From an uncultured bacterium (GTDB lineage Bacteria; Hydrothermota; Tepidihabitantia; Tepidihabitantales; DTDR01): a stretch of DNA of 64,000 nt. The number at the start of each line of letters is the position of its first letter. The first letter of the stretch is position 1. The stretch lies in contig CALHQW010000015.1 of the NCBI GenBank assembly GCA_938040315.1, forward strand, positions 13,729 to 77,728, written 5' to 3'. The notes under the pieces were generated by a model. The model did no database searches, was not told the DNA's origin, and saw only the letters and a list, made by a program, of their open reading frames with translations. The translations under genes were made by a program, and so were the position numbers. Of this stretch, positions 46,651-54,595 are shown one piece after another.

Positions 46651-48346
46651 TTATTCCATTCCTAATACACAATAATTTATAAGCAATATTTCGAAAAATC
46701 GGACATACTCCATCAGAAGCAAACTTGCTTTTTTGTGGTTCATCTATTAAAATGGCAATTAAAAATTTTGGTTTTTCCATCGGAAAAAAGCCAATAAAGG
46801 AAATTGTAGATTTTACCATAGAATATTTTTTGGTTTGTTTATCAAATTTTTGAGCAGTTCCTGTTTTTCCACAAATTTTAATATCCTCTGAAAAAACAGC
46901 TAATTTTCCGGTACCCTTACTGCAAACATTATATAAAATTTCTTTTATTATCTCTACTTTTTTTTCATCGATAACTTTTTCCACAGTTTCCGGTTTAAAA
47001 ACTTGTTCACCAATTTTTTTAATAAGAATTGGTTTTACCAAATAACCATTTTGAGCAATCACCAAATAAGCTAAAGCAATTTGTAATAAATTTGTTTTAA
47101 GGCCTTGACCAAAAACATTGTTGCAAAAATCAATATCAGGAAGATATTTTTTTTTAAAATAAGGAATAACTCCAGCATCTTCATTAGGAATCCCAATATC
47201 TACTTTCTTACCAAAACCGAGTTTTCTAACCATTTTATAAAAATCTTCTTTTTTTATTTTTAAAGCTAACTGAGAAACACCAATATTAGAAGAATAAATA
47301 AAAATATCAAAAAAATCAACGATGCCTAATTTTTTTCTTTCAGCATCATAAATTTTTCTTTTTCCTATTTGTAAATATCCGTTTTGTAAATCATAACGTT
47401 CTTTCAAAAAACTCTCTTTTTCATAAAAATTCAAAATAGTTGTTAAAATTACCAATTTAAAAATTGAACCTGGCTCAAAAGATTCACAAATACTGGCAGG
47501 AGTCAAGTAGAAAAAGTTGGGATTAATCTCTGGATAATCGACCATTGCTAAAATCTCTAAACTTTCACAATCAATAATTATACAACTTCCGCGTCTCGCT
47601 GATTCTTTCTTAATCGCTTTTTTTAACTCTTCATAGACTAATTTTTGAATACCCAAATCTATTGTGAGATAAATATCTTCTCCATTAACCGGGGATATTT
47701 TAGGATAATTAGGATAAGAATAAAGATTACCGTAAGCATCTTTTTGTAAATATTCATAACCTTCTTTCCCTTTAAGAAGTTGGTCAAATTTTTTTTCAAT
47801 ACCAAATACACCTTCCTTCTGATTATTAAGAAATCCCAATATATTAATAATTTCTTTATAAGGGTACCTCCGTTGAAGATTTTCTCTTAAGTATAAAACT
47901 TTTTGTAAGCCTCGTTGATATATTTCTTTTTCTAAAATTTTTCCGATTTCATAATCCAAATTTTTAGCAAAATAAAAAAAATACCTTTTCATCAATTGTT
48001 GATAAATTTGTTCAAAAGAATATTGAGGAAAAAATTTTAAAAGTAACGAACATGCCGATACTCTCTTTTTTTCGTCCAAATATTGAGGATAAATTTCCAA
48101 GTCAAAATTAGGTGAAGTATAGGCTAAAACCCTTCTTTTTTTATCATAAATTTCGCCACGTTTAGGAGAAAAAATAATTTTTTTAAAATGATAAAAATTA
48201 GCTTCCTGCTGATATTTTGGGAACTCGATAATTTGATATTTAATTAATAACAAAATTATAATAACAAAAGTTATTAAAAAATATATCTTTATTAATCTGA
48301 ATTTCCATAAATCATTTCTCACCATTTTCTTTCTTAGCAATTTCAA
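46616..48346 (-). CDS. ftsI: penicillin-binding protein transpeptidase (FtsI/PBP2 class B)
   Basis: N-terminal TM. SxxK as PGSIFK, SSN as YSSNIG, KTGT as CGKTGTA. Confidence 0.8.
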   Translation of the reverse strand: MKLLRKKMVRNDLWKFRLIKIYFLITFVIIILLLIKYQIIEFPKYQQEANFYHFKKIIFSPKRGEIYDKKRRVLAYTSPNFDLEIYPQYLDEKKRVSACSLLLKFFPQYSFEQIYQQLMKRYFFYFAKNLDYEIGKILEKEIYQRGLQKVLYLRENLQRRYPYKEIINILGFLNNQKEGVFGIEKKFDQLLKGKEGYEYLQKDAYGNLYSYPNYPKISPVNGEDIYLTIDLGIQKLVYEELKKAIKKESARRGSCIIIDCESLEILAMVDYPEINPNFFYLTPASICESFEPGSIFKLVILTTILNFYEKESFLKERYDLQNGYLQIGKRKIYDAERKKLGIVDFFDIFIYSSNIGVSQLALKIKKEDFYKMVRKLGFGKKVDIGIPNEDAGVIPYFKKKYLPDIDFCNNVFGQGLKTNLLQIALAYLVIAQNGYLVKPILIKKIGEQVFKPETVEKVIDEKKVEIIKEILYNVCSKGTGKLAVFSEDIKICGKTGTAQKFDKQTKKYSMVKSTISFIGFFPMEKPKFLIAILIDEPQKSKFASDGVCPIFRNIAYKLLCIRNGISDFRNEINRIN

Positions 48347-48617
48347 TTAAAGAAGAATCTTCAAAAAAATCAATAATTTCCTTAGAAAAATTTAAACTAT
48401 CTACTTTTATTTTTAATTCCTTATCTAAAAAAGAATAAGGAAAAAGAGACAAACTATCTAAATGAATATCTTCCTTTTTAATTTTTGTTATTAATAAATT
48501 TCTTTTTTCTTCCAAATGAGTAATTTTTTTCATTAAATAAAAATTTTTATAAAACAAAAATAGTTGAAAAAATCCAAATAAGAAAATAAAGAAAACGATT
48601 AAATTAAATTTTTTCAT
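48312..48617 (-). CDS. ftsL: FtsL-like small bitopic division protein
   Basis: 101 aa. N-terminal TM (LIVFFIFLFGFFQLFLFY) followed by a coiled coil. Canonical position between rsmH and ftsI. Confidence 0.5.
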   Translation of the reverse strand: MKKFNLIVFFIFLFGFFQLFLFYKNFYLMKKITHLEEKRNLLITKIKKEDIHLDSLSLFPYSFLDKELKIKVDSLNFSKEIIDFFEDSSLIEIAKKENGEK

Positions 48618-49626
48618 ATTTTAAAAATACTCTTAGTTTTCCGCTACGAGCTGCAAGATTATTTTTAATTTCTTCTAACGAGGAAGTTACTGGTTTAGGG
48701 GTAAGTACCCTACCTTTCCCTTCTTTTTCGCAATAATTAAAAAATTCTTTAACTATTCGATCTTCTAAAGAATGATAAGTAATCACTGCTAATCTACCTT
48801 TATTTTTTAAAAGTAAAAAAGCTTCCTCTAAACCAATTTTTAAATTTTCCAATTCATTATTAACCGCTATTCGTAAAGCTTGAAAAACCCGAGAAACACT
48901 TTTCTTTCCACTTATTGAAAGAATTAGCGATTTTAAATCATAAGTAGTTTTAATTTCTCTTTTTTTCTGAAAAATTTTTTTAGCAATTTTTTTTGCTTTA
49001 GCCTCTTCACCAAATTCTCTTAAAATTCTTTCCATTCTTTCCAAATTTGACTCTCTAATAATATCTAATGCACTTTTTCTTTGAGAAACCTGGTCAAATC
49101 GCATATCAATTATTCCCTCATTATCAAAAGAAAACCCTCTTTCAGGGATCTTCACTTGATGAAAAGAAACGCCCAAATCAAATAGAATTCGGCAAGGTTT
49201 TTGGGGAAAGTAAATTTCAGCAAATAATTTTCTTATATTTACATAATTTTCCCAATAAATAAAAAGGTTATTTATTCCGAATTTTTTTCTTTTTTCTTCC
49301 AAATAGTGAACAGCGTCTTTATCAATATCTAATCCGATAAAAATTGCATTTTTAAATTTTTTAGGAAAGATTTTTTGATAATAATTAATTAAAGAAAATA
49401 AATGCCCTCCACCGCCTGCGGTAGTATCCACAAAAATTTCTGGAACTTCCTCTATATCAATCATAATTGGCTTTTTTGAGAAATATTTCCTCATTAATTC
49501 CCGAGGAGCAAAGAAAAAAAAATCAATTAATTCTCTCAACATAACAGGCACATGAAAAATCCTTTCAACGAATCTTGCCATTTTCGTATAATTTTTTAAT
49601 AAAACTTTCAAAATTAGTCTCTCCAT
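48604..49626 (-). CDS. rsmH: 16S rRNA (cytosine1402-N4)-methyltransferase RsmH/MraW
   Basis: HVPVML, DTTAGGGGH, ...SLEDR. The true start may be the internal MARFVERI Met near 49581. Confidence 0.8.
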   Translation of the reverse strand: MERLILKVLLKNYTKMARFVERIFHVPVMLRELIDFFFFAPRELMRKYFSKKPIMIDIEEVPEIFVDTTAGGGGHLFSLINYYQKIFPKKFKNAIFIGLDIDKDAVHYLEEKRKKFGINNLFIYWENYVNIRKLFAEIYFPQKPCRILFDLGVSFHQVKIPERGFSFDNEGIIDMRFDQVSQRKSALDIIRESNLERMERILREFGEEAKAKKIAKKIFQKKREIKTTYDLKSLILSISGKKSVSRVFQALRIAVNNELENLKIGLEEAFLLLKNKGRLAVITYHSLEDRIVKEFFNYCEKEGKGRVLTPKPVTSSLEEIKNNLAARSGKLRVFLKYEKI

Positions 49627-50089
49627 GTCTTTTTATCTCTTGATATTTTTCTTCGTTACAAATCACAAAATAAGAGATAGAACCAATAATAACCGCTACT
49701 TTTGATAAATTTGCCCATTTTCTTAATTCTTCAGATAAAAGTATTCGACCTTGATTATCTATTGAAACTTCAAAAGTATTTAGAGTTATCCACCACAAAG
49801 TTTTTCTTTCATTCTCTTCAAAATGAGAAAAAAAGGACAGGACGCGATTCCGAAACCTTTCCCATTCATGGGTGGGATAACAAAAGATTGTTTTACTGAG
49901 GCCTGGGCTAATAAATAATTTATCTCGTGATTCTTGTGGAAGGGATAAACGAAAAGGCAACGGAATCGCAATCCTGCCCTTATCATCAATATTATGAAAA
50001 TATACTCCAGTAAAATTATAATTCCATTCATCACCATTTAAATTATTAAATTCACCATTTATATTTATTTTATCACCATCCATGCCCAA
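49565..50089 (-). CDS. mraZ: division/cell-wall cluster transcriptional regulator MraZ
   Basis: Two DxxGR boxes (DDKGRIAIP, DNQGRILL). N-terminal extension in the track ORF is uncertain. Confidence 0.75.
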   Translation of the reverse strand: MGMDGDKININGEFNNLNGDEWNYNFTGVYFHNIDDKGRIAIPLPFRLSLPQESRDKLFISPGLSKTIFCYPTHEWERFRNRVLSFFSHFEENERKTLWWITLNTFEVSIDNQGRILLSEELRKWANLSKVAVIIGSISYFVICNEEKYQEIKRHGETNFESFIKKLYENGKIR

Positions 50090-50257
50090 AATATAATAAA
50101 ATTTTAATAAAATGTCAAACGATTTTTTATTTTAATTTTTTTTTTATAAGTTATTGAAATTGCGTCATTTATAAAAAAAATTACTTAGTTTTTGAAAATT
50201 TAAAGATAAAAAATTATTGAAATTTTTTAAAAAAAATGTATTATTTTAATATATATA

Positions 50258-51586
50258 ATGAATTCTTATAAAAAAGCTATTAATTTTTTGTCAAGTTTAG
50301 TAAATTATGAAAGAAAAAAAATAAATTATAATGATTTTAAATTAATTCGATTTTTAAATTTTCTTTCCGAAATTGGTAATCCACATCTCTTTTTAAAAAA
50401 TCCAATTTTAATTGCAGGAACAAAAGGGAAAGGCTCTACTGCTTTGATATTAGGAAGTTGTTTAAAAGAATGTGGATATAAAGTTGGAATTTATACTTCT
50501 CCCCATCTCTTAAGTATGCGAGAAAGAATTCAGTTTCAAAATTATCCCATTAAAAAAGAGGAATTTACTGAGTTAACCTTTCAATTAAAAAAACTAATAG
50601 AAAACCATAAACTTACTTTTTTTGAATCTTTAACAGCTATTGCTTTTTTGTTTTTTTTAAAAAAAGATCCTGATTTCACGATTTTAGAAGTGGGATTGGG
50701 CGGTAGATTAGATGCTACTAATGTTGTTAATCCAATTTTTTCAATTATTACTCGCATTGACTACGATCATACAGAAATTTTGGGAAATACTTTATCAAAA
50801 ATTGCCGTAGAAAAAGCAGGAATTATTCATCAGGGAGTGCCCTTAATAACTTTTCATCAAAAAAAATCTGTTGATAAAATTTTTCAAAAGGTCTGTGTCA
50901 AAAAAAATTCTAAAATTTTTTATTCCGATGATTATTTCTCTTTCCAACTAATAAATATTTCACCAAATGGAACCTCTTTTGTTGTTAATTTTTTAAAAAA
51001 AACCTGGGAAAACGATCTAAAAAAAGATATCATTCATACTAATCTTATTGGCGAATTCCAGAAAGAAAATCTTGGTCTAGCATTTACTGCTCTTTCTCTT
51101 TTAGCCAAAGATTATAAATTGATTAATTATCTAAGTATTAAAAAAGCAATCAATAATATTCCGCTTTTAGGAAGAATTTCTTATATTTCTTACAATGGTA
51201 GTTTTATTATTGTTGATACTGCGCATAATCCAATTTCTATTAAATGTCTTAAAGATACTTTAGTAAAAATTAATAACATAAAAAAGTATTATTTTCTTTT
51301 TGGTATATCAAGAGACAAAGATAGTTACCGAATTCTTAAAATTTTAAAACCTATCTGCCAAGAAATTGCTTTAACTAAAGCTAAAACAAAAAGAGCAGCG
51401 TCTTTAAATAAGTTAAAAAAAATCGCTCAACAACTAAAATTAAAATATTCTGTCTTTTCTTCAGTTAAAAAAGCTTTCAATTATATTTTTAAAAAAGCCA
51501 ATAAAGCAAAAAGGTTATTAGTAATAACTGGCTCTTTTTATCTAGCAGGAGATGTTTTAAAATTACTCAAACTTAATAAAAAATGA
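50258..51586 (+). CDS. folC: folylpolyglutamate synthase/dihydrofolate synthase
   Basis: IAGTKGKGST, Mur-ligase fold, ...DTAHNP. Confidence 0.8.
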   Translation: MNSYKKAINFLSSLVNYERKKINYNDFKLIRFLNFLSEIGNPHLFLKNPILIAGTKGKGSTALILGSCLKECGYKVGIYTSPHLLSMRERIQFQNYPIKKEEFTELTFQLKKLIENHKLTFFESLTAIAFLFFLKKDPDFTILEVGLGGRLDATNVVNPIFSIITRIDYDHTEILGNTLSKIAVEKAGIIHQGVPLITFHQKKSVDKIFQKVCVKKNSKIFYSDDYFSFQLINISPNGTSFVVNFLKKTWENDLKKDIIHTNLIGEFQKENLGLAFTALSLLAKDYKLINYLSIKKAINNIPLLGRISYISYNGSFIIVDTAHNPISIKCLKDTLVKINNIKKYYFLFGISRDKDSYRILKILKPICQEIALTKAKTKRAASLNKLKKIAQQLKLKYSVFSSVKKAFNYIFKKANKAKRLLVITGSFYLAGDVLKLLKLNKK

Positions 51587-52275
51587 AAGGAACTTTTTAT
51601 TTGGTCGCTACGCCAATTGGTAATTTAAAAGATATTACATTAAGAGCCCTAGAAATATTAAAAGAAGTTTCTTACATTATTTGTGAAGATACTCGTCAAA
51701 CAAAAATTTTACTTAATCATTATCAAATCAAAAAACCGCTTATTTCTTATAATGAATATAATAAATTTGTTAAAACTCCACAAATTATTCAGCTTTTAAA
51801 AGAAGGAGAGAATTTGGCTTTTGTTTCTGATGCTGGAACACCAATAATTGCTGACCCTGGTTATTATTTAGTAAGAGAAGCCATTAAAGAAGGAATAAAA
51901 ATAACGCCAATTCCTGGACCAGCAGCGATGATTGCCGGATTAATTGTTTCTGGTTTGCCATCCGATCGATTTGTTTTTGAAGGATTTCTACCAAAAAGAG
52001 AAGGCAGGAAAAGAAAAAGACTTCTAAATTTAATAAATGAAGAAAGAACTATGATTTTTTATGAGTCTCCATATCGAATAATGAAAACCCTTAATACTTT
52101 TTTAGAAATTTTTGGTGACCGAGAAATTGCTGTATGTCGGGAATTAACAAAAAAATTTGAAGAAGTCTTACGGGGTAAAATTAGTGAAATAATCGAAAAT
52201 TTAAAAAAAAGATTAGAAAAACAAAAAAGAGTAAAAGGCGAAATTGTTCTTGTTTTAAAAGGTAAAGAAAAATGA
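51583..52275 (+). CDS. rsmI: 16S rRNA (cytidine1402-2'-O)-methyltransferase RsmI
   Basis: LYLVATPIGNLKDITLRALEIL, ICEDTR, tetrapyrrole-methylase fold. Confidence 0.8.
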   Translation: MKGTFYLVATPIGNLKDITLRALEILKEVSYIICEDTRQTKILLNHYQIKKPLISYNEYNKFVKTPQIIQLLKEGENLAFVSDAGTPIIADPGYYLVREAIKEGIKITPIPGPAAMIAGLIVSGLPSDRFVFEGFLPKREGRKRKRLLNLINEERTMIFYESPYRIMKTLNTFLEIFGDREIAVCRELTKKFEEVLRGKISEIIENLKKRLEKQKRVKGEIVLVLKGKEK

Positions 52276-52838
52276 AAGAAAGAACCAAAAGGAAATTAGT
52301 GAATTTCCTCTCTTTTCTTATTAATTTTTTTATTTATCTAAAAATCTCTCCTACTTTAATCACTTTAAGCGGTCTACTTTTTTCCATCTTCACCAGTTAT
52401 TTTTATTTTAAAGGAAATTTTTTAATTGCAGGAATTTTCCTTGTTTTTATTGCTTTAGCCGATACTGTTGATGGCGAACTAGCACGAAAGGGAGAAAAGG
52501 TAAGTAAAAAAGGAGCTTTCTTAGATTCAATTATCGACCGATTGACAGAATTTTTTATCTTTTTTGGTCTTTTTCTTTATTATCCAAAATTACCAATTTC
52601 TCTTCTTCCTTTTTTAGCATTGGCTACTTCTTTTTTTGTAAGTTACACTCGTGCTCGAGCAGAAGGGATGGGAATTGAATGTAAAACTGGTGTATTTGAA
52701 AGGCCAATAAGAATGTTATTTTTAATAATCGGTTCTTTCTTTTTAAAAAAATATTTCTATTATCTATTAATAATTTTAATAATTGGCAATTTTTTTACAT
52801 TTTTACAAAGAATATTTTATTCTTTAAAAAAACTATGA
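52272..52838 (+). CDS. CDP-alcohol phosphatidyltransferase-family protein
   Basis: DTVDGELARKGEKVSKKGAFLDSIIDR (D-G-x2-A-R...G-x3-D-x3-D). Confidence 0.7.
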   Translation: MKERTKRKLVNFLSFLINFFIYLKISPTLITLSGLLFSIFTSYFYFKGNFLIAGIFLVFIALADTVDGELARKGEKVSKKGAFLDSIIDRLTEFFIFFGLFLYYPKLPISLLPFLALATSFFVSYTRARAEGMGIECKTGVFERPIRMLFLIIGSFFLKKYFYYLLIILIIGNFFTFLQRIFYSLKKL

Positions 52839-54070
52839 AAGAAAGAGTAATTTTAATTGCCTTAGCAAAAAACTCTAAAGAGAAATACGAAAAAATTAAT
52901 GACTTAGAAGAATTAAAAGCCCTAGCTGAAACAGCTGGTGGTGAAGTAATTGGTAGTTTTATCCAAATAAAAGAAAACCCATCACAAAAGACCCTTTTAG
53001 GAAAAGGTAAGATTGAAGAATTAAAAAAAATTTGTCAACAACATAAAATAGATTTATTAATCTTTGATAACCAACTAACCCCTTCACAAATAAGAAATAT
53101 TGAAAATATAATCAATGTGCGAACTATTGATCGAAGAGCCTTAATTTTGGATATTTTTTCTCGCCATGCCCGAACTGCTGAAGCAATGCTACAAGTAGAA
53201 CTTGCTCAGCTTTCTTATCAATTAACAATGCTTACGGGAAAAGGTAAAATTCTTTCCCAATTAGGTGGCGGCATCGGTACCCGAGGACCTGGTGAGAAAC
53301 AATTGGAAGTTGATCGAAGAAAAATAAAAAAGCGAATTCATTTTCTAAAGAAAAGTTTAGAAAAATTAAAAAAAACAAAAGAAATTCAAAGAACCAAAAG
53401 GGAGTATTTTTTTAGAATTGCCTTAACCGGTTATACTAATTCCGGAAAATCCACTCTTTTTAAGACATTGACAAAAGAAGATGTTTATATTTCTGAAAAA
53501 CTTTTTGCTACTTTAGATGCTACTACCAAGGCTTTTGAAATTTTTCCCAATATTAAAATTTTAATTACAGACACAGTAGGTTTTATCAAAAATCTACCTC
53601 CCCAATTGATTGCTGCTTTCCACGCTACTTTAGAAGATGTTAAGATAAGCGACTTAATTATTCATTTAGTAGATGCTACTACTGAAAATGTATCGGAAAA
53701 AATTAATATTGTCAAAGACATACTAAAAGAAATTGGTTGTGATGAAAAAAAAATTGTGTTGGTTTTTAATAAGATCGATCTCCTTTTTGAAAAAACTCAA
53801 TTATTAAGATTAAAAAAAGAATACCCTAATGCTATTTTTATTTCTGCCCTTAAAGGAACAAATTTAAATTCTTTAAAAAATCTAATAAAAAAAAGAATTA
53901 AAAAAGTTTTAAAAAGAAAAACCTTAAAAATCCCAAAAGAGAAAGGATATCTTTTAAGAGAAATCTATCAAAAGACATATGTTATTAATTTTAAAGAAAA
54001 TGAAAAAGAATATAGGATAAAAGTTCTAAGTTATCCTAACATCCTTTATTCTTTGTTATCAAAAATATAA
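52835..54070 (+). CDS. hflX: GTPase HflX
   Basis: HflX N-domain (IFDNQLTPSQIRNIE). G-domain GYTNSGKSTLF, DTVGF, NKID. Confidence 0.8.
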   Translation: MKERVILIALAKNSKEKYEKINDLEELKALAETAGGEVIGSFIQIKENPSQKTLLGKGKIEELKKICQQHKIDLLIFDNQLTPSQIRNIENIINVRTIDRRALILDIFSRHARTAEAMLQVELAQLSYQLTMLTGKGKILSQLGGGIGTRGPGEKQLEVDRRKIKKRIHFLKKSLEKLKKTKEIQRTKREYFFRIALTGYTNSGKSTLFKTLTKEDVYISEKLFATLDATTKAFEIFPNIKILITDTVGFIKNLPPQLIAAFHATLEDVKISDLIIHLVDATTENVSEKINIVKDILKEIGCDEKKIVLVFNKIDLLFEKTQLLRLKKEYPNAIFISALKGTNLNSLKNLIKKRIKKVLKRKTLKIPKEKGYLLREIYQKTYVINFKENEKEYRIKVLSYPNILYSLLSKI

Positions 54071-54090
54071 TTATATTTTTATTGATTTTT

Positions 54091-54130
54091 CAATATTTTG
54101 TATTATAATTTTAAAAATAACAATATATTG
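54091..54130 (+). promoter_or_regulatory. two NrdR-box-like palindromes (caatattttg and caatatattg) with 30 bp between centres, overlapping the nrdR 5' end
   Basis: Read directly. The second is a perfect 10-bp palindrome matching the core of the NrdR box consensus acaCwAtATaTwGtgt. attataat lies between the two boxes. Confidence 0.45.
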
Positions 54131-54133
54131 ATT

Positions 54134-54595
54134 ATGAGATGTCCTAATTGTAATATGGATAAAGATCGAGTAATTGATTCGAGGCCTGTATTAAATGGAG
54201 AAGCAATTAGAAGAAGACGAGAATGCCTAAATTGTGGGCAACGATTTACTACTTTTGAGTATATTGAACAGATTCCTTTAATGGTAATAAAATCTGATGG
54301 AAGGAGAGAGCCTTATGCTCGAGAAAAATTAATTAAAGGAATTATCCTTGCTTGCCGAAAGAGACCAATTTCCCAAGAAAGAATTCAAGAGATTGTTAAT
54401 CTAATTGAAAAGGAAATGATTGATAATAATCAATTAGAAGTAGAGTCTAAATATTTGGGTGAAAGGGTTTTAGATTATTTGAAAAAAATTGATGAGGTGG
54501 CTTATGTAAGATTTGCCTCTGTCTATAAAAATTTTCAAAGTATCGATGAATTTATCAGCGAAATAAAAAAGATCAAAAAGGAGGAAAAAAAATGA
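54134..54595 (+). CDS. nrdR: transcriptional repressor NrdR (zinc ribbon plus ATP-cone)
   Basis: MRCPNCN...CLNCGQRFTTFE, ATP-cone KRDGRREPY. Start placed at MRCP (internal ATG of the track ORF that begins with TTG at 54098). Confidence 0.8.
   Translation: MRCPNCNMDKDRVIDSRPVLNGEAIRRRRECLNCGQRFTTFEYIEQIPLMVIKSDGRREPYAREKLIKGIILACRKRPISQERIQEIVNLIEKEMIDNNQLEVESKYLGERVLDYLKKIDEVAYVRFASVYKNFQSIDEFISEIKKIKKEEKK

Noticed and set aside
54098-54133. TTG-initiated 12-codon N-terminal extension of NrdR
   Set aside because: NrdR proteins begin directly with the zinc-ribbon MxCPxC. The extension overlaps the predicted NrdR box.
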